Assembly: GCA_026770705.1 (NCBI GenBank)
Contig: JANJGN010000010.1
Coordinates: 94,488,001 to 94,552,000, forward strand
DNA length: 64,000 bases
Source: Isurus oxyrinchus
Taxonomy: Eukaryota
Direction: 5' to 3'
Made by a program: the position numbers and the translations under genes. The notes beneath the pieces are model-generated. The model did no database searches. It was not told the DNA's origin and saw nothing but the letters and a program-made list of their open reading frames with translations. Positions 57,800 through 64,000 of this stretch are shown in pieces (the first letter of the stretch is position 1; every line of letters starts with the position of its first letter).

Positions 57800-60300
57800 T
57801 TATCCTAATGCATTGCAGCCAGGAATGTTTCTCATTCACACACTCTCAGAATTGACCCAGCTCCAAACATTCTCATGATTGTCCTTGATCCTACACACAC
57901 TCAGGGTTGATCTGGATCCACACACTCTCAGGACTGATCCAGAAACCCCCTTCTCTGGATTGACCCTGACCCACAAACTATCAGGATTGATCTTGATGCA
58001 CACACTCTCATGATTAATCTTGATCCTCACTCTCTCAGGAGTAATCCTGATCCACACAATCTCATAATTGATCCTAATTCACTGCACTCAGGATTGATCC
58101 TGATTCACACATTCTCAGGGTTGATCCTGATCCACAGCGTCTCAGGATTGATCCAGATACACACACCCTGGGATTTGACCCTGATCCAGCGCACTCTCAG
58201 GATTGATCCTGATCTACACACACACAATACTGATCCTGATCTACACAATCTCAGAATTGGTCCTCATCTCCCACACTATCATTATTGATCATGATCTACA
58301 CACTCTCAGACTTGATCCTGATCCACACACTAAAAGAATTGTACCTAATTCACACACTCATGGGATTCATCCTGATCAACAAAGTTTCTGCATTTATCCT
58401 GATCAACACACTCTCAGGTTTGATCCTGATCTGCATGTCCTCATGATTGTCCCTGGTCCTGCACACACTCAGGATTGATCCTAATCCACACACTGACAGG
58501 AGAGATCCTGATCCACGCACTCTCAGGATTGATCCTAATGCACTGCCGCCAGGATTCTTTCTGATTCTCGCACTCTCAGGATTGACCAAGCTCCAAATAT
58601 TCTCATGATGGTCCTTGATCCTACACGCTCTCAGGGTTGATCCTGATCCACACAGTCTTGGAATTGATCTGGAAGCACAAACTCTCAGGGTCGATCCTGA
58701 TCCATACACTCTCAGGACTGATCCTGATCCCCCACTCTCAGGATTGATTCTATCACAAAAACTCTCAGGATTGATCTTGATCGACACACTCTCAGGATTG
58801 ATCCTGATCCACTGCACTCAGGATTGTTCCTGATTCACACACTCTGAGTGTTGATGCTGATCCACACACTCTCTGGGTTGATCCTGATTCACAACGAACT
58901 CAGAATTGATACTGATCCACACGCTAGCAGGAGTGATCCATATCCACTCACCCTGGATTTTCTAACCCTGAACCGATGCACTCACTAGATTGATCCTGAT
59001 CCACACACTCTCTTGATTGGCACTGATCCACACACCCTCAGGATTGATCGTGATTCACACATGATCAACATTGACCCTGATCCACACACTGTCAGGATTG
59101 ACCATGATCCTCACAGTCTCAGGATTGATTGAGATCCACACACTCAAAGGAGTGATCCTGATCCACACTTGCTCAGGATTGATCCTAATGCACTGCAGCC
59201 AGGTTTGCTTCTGATTCACGCACTCTCAGGATTGACCCAGCTCCAAATGTTCTCATTATTGTCCTTGATCCTACACATTCTCAGGGTTGATTCTAATCCA
59301 CACACTCTATGGATTTATCCTGAAACACACACTCTCAGGGTTGATCCTGATCCACACACTCTCAGGACTGATCCTGATCCCCCACTCTCAGGATTGACCA
59401 AGACCCACAAACTCTCAGGATTGATCTTGATCCACACACTCTCAGAATTGATCTTGATCCTCACTCTCTCAGGAGTGATCTTGATCCACACACTCTCACA
59501 ATTGATCCTAATACACTGCACTCAGGATTGATCCTGATTCACACATTTTAGGGATGATCCTGATCCACAGACTCTCAGGATTGATCCAGAAACACACACC
59601 CTGGGATTTGACCCTGCTCCAGTGCAGTCTCAGGATTAATCCTGATCTACACACACACAATACTGATCCTGATCTACACACTCTCAGAATTGGCCCTCAT
59701 CTCCCACACTATCATTATTGATCCTGACCCACACACTGTCAGGGTTGATCCTGATCCACACACTAAAAGGATTGTACCTAATGCACACACTCACAGGATT
59801 CATCCTGATCAACAAAGTCTCAGCAATGATCCTGATCAACACACTCTCAGGACTTATCCTGATCCCCATGTCCTCATGATTGTCCTTGGTCCCACACACA
59901 TTCAGGATTGGTCCTACTCCACACACTGACAGGAGTGATCCTGATCCACATACTCTCAGGATTGATCCTAATGCACTGCCACCAGGATTGTTTCTGATTC
60001 ACGCACTCTCAGGATTGACCAAGCTCCAAATATTCTCATGATTGTCCTTGATCCTACATACTCTCAGGGTTTATCCTGATCCACACAGTGTCTGGATTGA
60101 TCCAGAAACACACACTCTCACGGTCCATTCTGATCCGTACACTCTCAGGACTGATCCTGATCCCCCACTCTCAGGATTGATTCTATCACACAAACTTTCA
60201 GGATTGATTTTGATCCTCACAATATCAGGATAGATCCTAATCCACAAACTCCCACAATTTATCCTGATCCACTGCACACAGGGCTGATTTTGATCCACAC
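57800..60300 (+). repeat. Diverged dimer of a ~1,433-bp higher-order unit
   Basis: TAAAAG(A/G)ATTGTACCTAAT at 58331 and 59764; TTCTATCAC at 58748 and 60181 (both offset 1,433). Confidence 0.8.
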
Positions 60301-63300
60301 ACTGTGAGTGTTGACCCAGCTCCAAATATTCTCATGATTGCCCTCGATCCTACATACTCTCAGGGTTGATCCTAATCCACACACTCTCCAGATTGATGCC
60401 GATCCACACACTCTTATGATTGATCCTGATCCACACACTCTCAGGACAGATGCTAAACCCCCACTCTCAGGACTGACCCTGAAACACGAACTCTCAGGAT
60501 TGATCATGATCCACACAATCTCAGGATTGATTATGATCCACACAATTTCAGGATTGATCTTGATCCACACAATCTCAGGATTGATCTTGATCCACAGAAC
60601 CTCACAACTGATCCTGATCCACTGCACAAAGGGTTGATCCTGATCCACACACACACGCTCTGGGTTGTTCCCCATCCACACACACTCATGATTGATCCTG
60701 ATCCACAGACTCTCAGGGTTGATCCGGATCCACAAACCCTGAGATATGACACTGAACTGACACACTCGCAGGATTGATCCTGATCCATGCACTCCCATGA
60801 TTGACAGTGATTCCACACACCGTCCGGATTGATCCGAATCCACAAATTCATGATTGATCCTGATCCACACAGACTCAGGATTGGCCCTGATCTCCCACAG
60901 TCTCAGTATTGATCCTGATCCACACACTCTCAGTATTGATCCTGATCCACACACTCTCTGAATTGTTGCTGATCCTCACAATCTCAGGATTGATCTGTTT
61001 CCACACACTCTTAAGAATAATCCTGTTCCAGACACTATCAGGATTGATCCTGATCAACAAACTCTCTGGATGCCCCATAATCTAAACACTGGCATGATTA
61101 ACCCTGATCCACATCACTCACAGAAATGAAACTGATCCACAAACTCTCAGAATTCATCATGATTCACACAGTCGCAGGATTGATCCTGATCCACACACTC
61201 TCAGGATTGATATTGATCCACACACTCTCAGGATTGATTCTGATCCACACACTCTCACAATTGATCCTGATCCAATGCACTCAGGATTGATCCTGATTCA
61301 CAAACTCTCAGGGTTGATCGTGATCTAAACACTCTTTGGGTTGATCCGCATCCACACACACTCAGAATTGATCCAGACCCACACACCCTGGAATTTGACC
61401 CTGATCTGACACACTCATAGGATTGATCCTGATCCATGTACTCTCCTGATTGACACTGATCCCTCAAACTCTCATGATTAATCCTGATCCACACACTCTC
61501 AAGATTGATCCTGATCTACACACACACTGTACTGATCCTGATCCACACACTCTCAGGATTGTCACTGATGTCCCATACTCTCGGTATTGATCTTGATCCA
61601 CACACTCTTAAGGTTGATCCTGATCCACACACTCACAGGATTGATCCTGATGTACATGCTCTCAGGATTGATCCTGTTCCAAACACTCTCAGGGTTGATC
61701 CTGATCCAAACAATCACAGTATTAATCCTGATGCACACGCTCTCAGGATTGGTCCTGATCAACAAAGTCACAGGATTGATCCTGATCAAAACACTCTCAG
61801 GATTGATCCTGATCCCCACGTCCTCATGGTGGTCGCTGGTCCCCCATGCACTCAGGATTGATATTAATCCACACACACCCAGGAGTAATCCTGATCCATA
61901 CACTCTCAGGATGGATGCAAATGCACTGCAAGCAGGATTGTTTCTTATTCATACTCTCTCAGAATTGACCAAATTCCAAATATTCTCATGATTGACCTTG
62001 ATCCTACACAGTCTCAGAGTTGATCCTGATCCACACACTCTATGCATTGATCATGAAACACTCACTCTTAAATTTGATTCTGATCCATACACTCTCAGGA
62101 CTGATCCTGTTCCCCCACTTTCATGATTGACCCTGATCCACAGACACTCAGGATTGCTTCTGATCCACACAATCTCAGGATTGATATTGATCCACACAAT
62201 CTCAGGATTGATCCTAATCCACACTCTCTCATGGTTGATCCTGATCCACTGCACACAGGGTTGATCCTGATCCACACACTCTCTGGGTTGATCCTCATCC
62301 ACACACACTCAGGATTGATCCTGATCCACACACTCTCAGGATTCATCGAGATCCACACACCCTGGGATATGACCCTGATATGACACACTGGGAGGATTGA
62401 TCCTGATCCATGCACTCCCTTGATTGACACTGATACCACGCACTCGCTGGATTGATAAAGATCCACACACTTTCATGATTGATCCTGATCCACAGACCCT
62501 CAGGACAGATCCTGAGCCCCACATCTCAGTATTGACCCTGACCCACAAACTCTCAGGATTGATCATGATCCACACACTGTCTGGATTGATCTTCATCCAC
62601 ACAATCTCAGGATTGATCCTGATACACAAACTGTCAGGATTGATCCTGATCCACACACTCTCTGGATTGATGCTGATACACACTATCTCAGGATTTATCC
62701 CAATCCACACACTCCTGGGAATGATACTGTTCCAGCCACACTCAGTATTTATCCTGGTCCCTGGTCCCCCACACTCTCTGGATTGATCCTGATCCATACA
62801 CTTTCAGGATTGATACTGATCCACACATGCTGTCTGGACAGATCCTGATCCACACAATCTCTGGATTACTCATGATCCAAACAATTTCAGCATTGATCCA
62901 AATCCACACACTTTCTGGATTGATCCTGATTGCCCACCCTATCAGGTTTTATCCTGAACCCCACATCATCAGGATTGATCCTGATGCTCACACTGTCATA
63001 ACTGAACCTGTTCCACCGCAGTCAGGATTGACCCTGATCCCACAAACTCTCAGGATTGATCCCGATCCAAACACTCTCAAGATTGATCCTGATCCACACA
63101 CTCTCTGGATTGATGCTGATCCACACAATCTCAGGATTGATCCATTTCCACACACGCTTAGGAATAATCCTGTTCCAGCCACTCTCCGGATTGATGCTGA
63201 TCTGCACATTCTCTGGATTCACCATAATCCACACAATGGCATGATTAACCCTGATCCCCATCACTCTCAGAAATGAAACTAATCCACACAGTCTCAGGAT

Positions 63301-64000
63301 TGATCATGAGCCACACACTCTCAGGTTTGATACTGATCCATACACACTCAGTTTTGATCTTGATCCACACATTATCAGGACTGATCCTGATCCACCACAC
63401 TCAGAATTGGCCCTGATCCCACACACTCACAAGATTGATCCTGATCCACACAATCTCAGGGTTGACACTGATGCCACACACTCTCAGGAGTGATCCTGAT
63501 ACACAAACTCTCAATGTTGATTCAGATTCACACGCCCTCAGCATTAACCCTGATCCCCACCACGCACTGGATTGGCACTGATCTGCACACTCTCAGGATT
63601 GAACCAGATCCACACACTGTCAGGACTGATCCTGATCCACTGCACTCAGGATTGATCCTGATCCCATACATTTTCAGTTTTGATCCAGATCCGCACAGTC
63701 TCAGCATGAACCCTAATCCCCCCCAAACTCCAGATTGGCATGGATCCACACACTCTGAGGATTGATCCTGATCCAAGCACTCTCAGGATTCATCTTGATC
63801 AAAACACTTGCAAGAGTAATCCTGGTCCACACACTCACAGGATTGATCCTGAGCCACACACTCTCAGGATTGACACTGATGCCACACATTCTCAGCAGTG
63901 ATCCTGAAACAGACATTCTCTGGCTTGATCTAGATCCACAAACTCTCAGCATTAACCCTGATCCACCCCCACAATCCAGATTGACAATGATCCACACACT

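Larger units (their letters stand above)
33343..64000 (+). repeat. 27-bp satellite array, right arm (same family and orientation; runs off the window end)
   Basis: The same monomer resumes in register at TCTCTCAG|AATTGATCC immediately after the retroelement insertion and continues to the last base. Confidence 0.98.

Noticed and set aside
105-63997. Hundreds of 60-264 aa ORFs with HTLRIDPDP, TLSGLILIH, VWIRINPES or CGSGSILRV repeats (apparent repeat or membrane proteins)
   Set aside because: The 27-bp monomer is a multiple of three and four of six consensus frames lack stops, so ORFs appear on both strands at once. Frequent 1-2 bp indels switch frames mid-ORF and no frame is preserved. These are artefacts.
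1-64000. CRISPR-like array (palindromic repeat plus variable linker)
   Set aside because: Linkers are only ~11 nt and are homologous to each other rather than unique spacers. Repeats are degenerate, there is no cas gene or leader, and the context is eukaryotic.
1-64000. Nuclear-receptor DR0-like sites (minus strand GGATCAGGGTCA from the TGACCCTGATCC variant)
   Set aside because: Short degenerate matches are an automatic consequence of the TGATCC doublet, and nothing in the sequence supports function.
1-64000. Telomeric repeat, tRNA/5S-derived unit or strand inversion within the array
   Set aside because: TAACCC occurs only singly inside variant monomers (ATTAACCCTGA), never in tandem. I recognised no tRNA or 5S structure and saw no reverse-orientation monomers (GTGTGTGGATCAGG) on the plus strand.

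Overview
Eukaryotic non-coding DNA. About 98% of the window is one unidirectional tandem satellite with a 27-bp consensus monomer, CACACACTCTCAGGATTGATCCTGATC (roughly 2,300 diverged copies, estimated from length). Each monomer carries a near-perfect 16-bp palindrome, TCAGGAT-TG-ATCCTGA. Monomer variants are strung into recurring multi-monomer cassettes, which are amplified locally into higher-order repeats of differing period. The most recent is a near-identical 2,208-bp triplication (about 2.1-8.7 kb) whose crossover point can be read from the sequence. The only non-satellite sequence is a 669-bp 5'-truncated Penelope-like retroelement (32674-33342). It has an 8-bp target-site duplication, the C-terminal end of a GIY-YIG endonuclease, and a minimal hammerhead-ribozyme-like motif with a non-canonical core. 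The peptide and 3' tail resemble, from memory, repeats of cartilaginous fishes, so a shark or ray genome is likely (inference, no search run). There are three N gaps, all at a C-tract hotspot. The hundreds of ORFs in the track are translation artefacts of a 27-bp (9-codon) repeat. I find no intact gene, tRNA, rRNA or CRISPR array. All spacings and differences were read by eye and need alignment to confirm.
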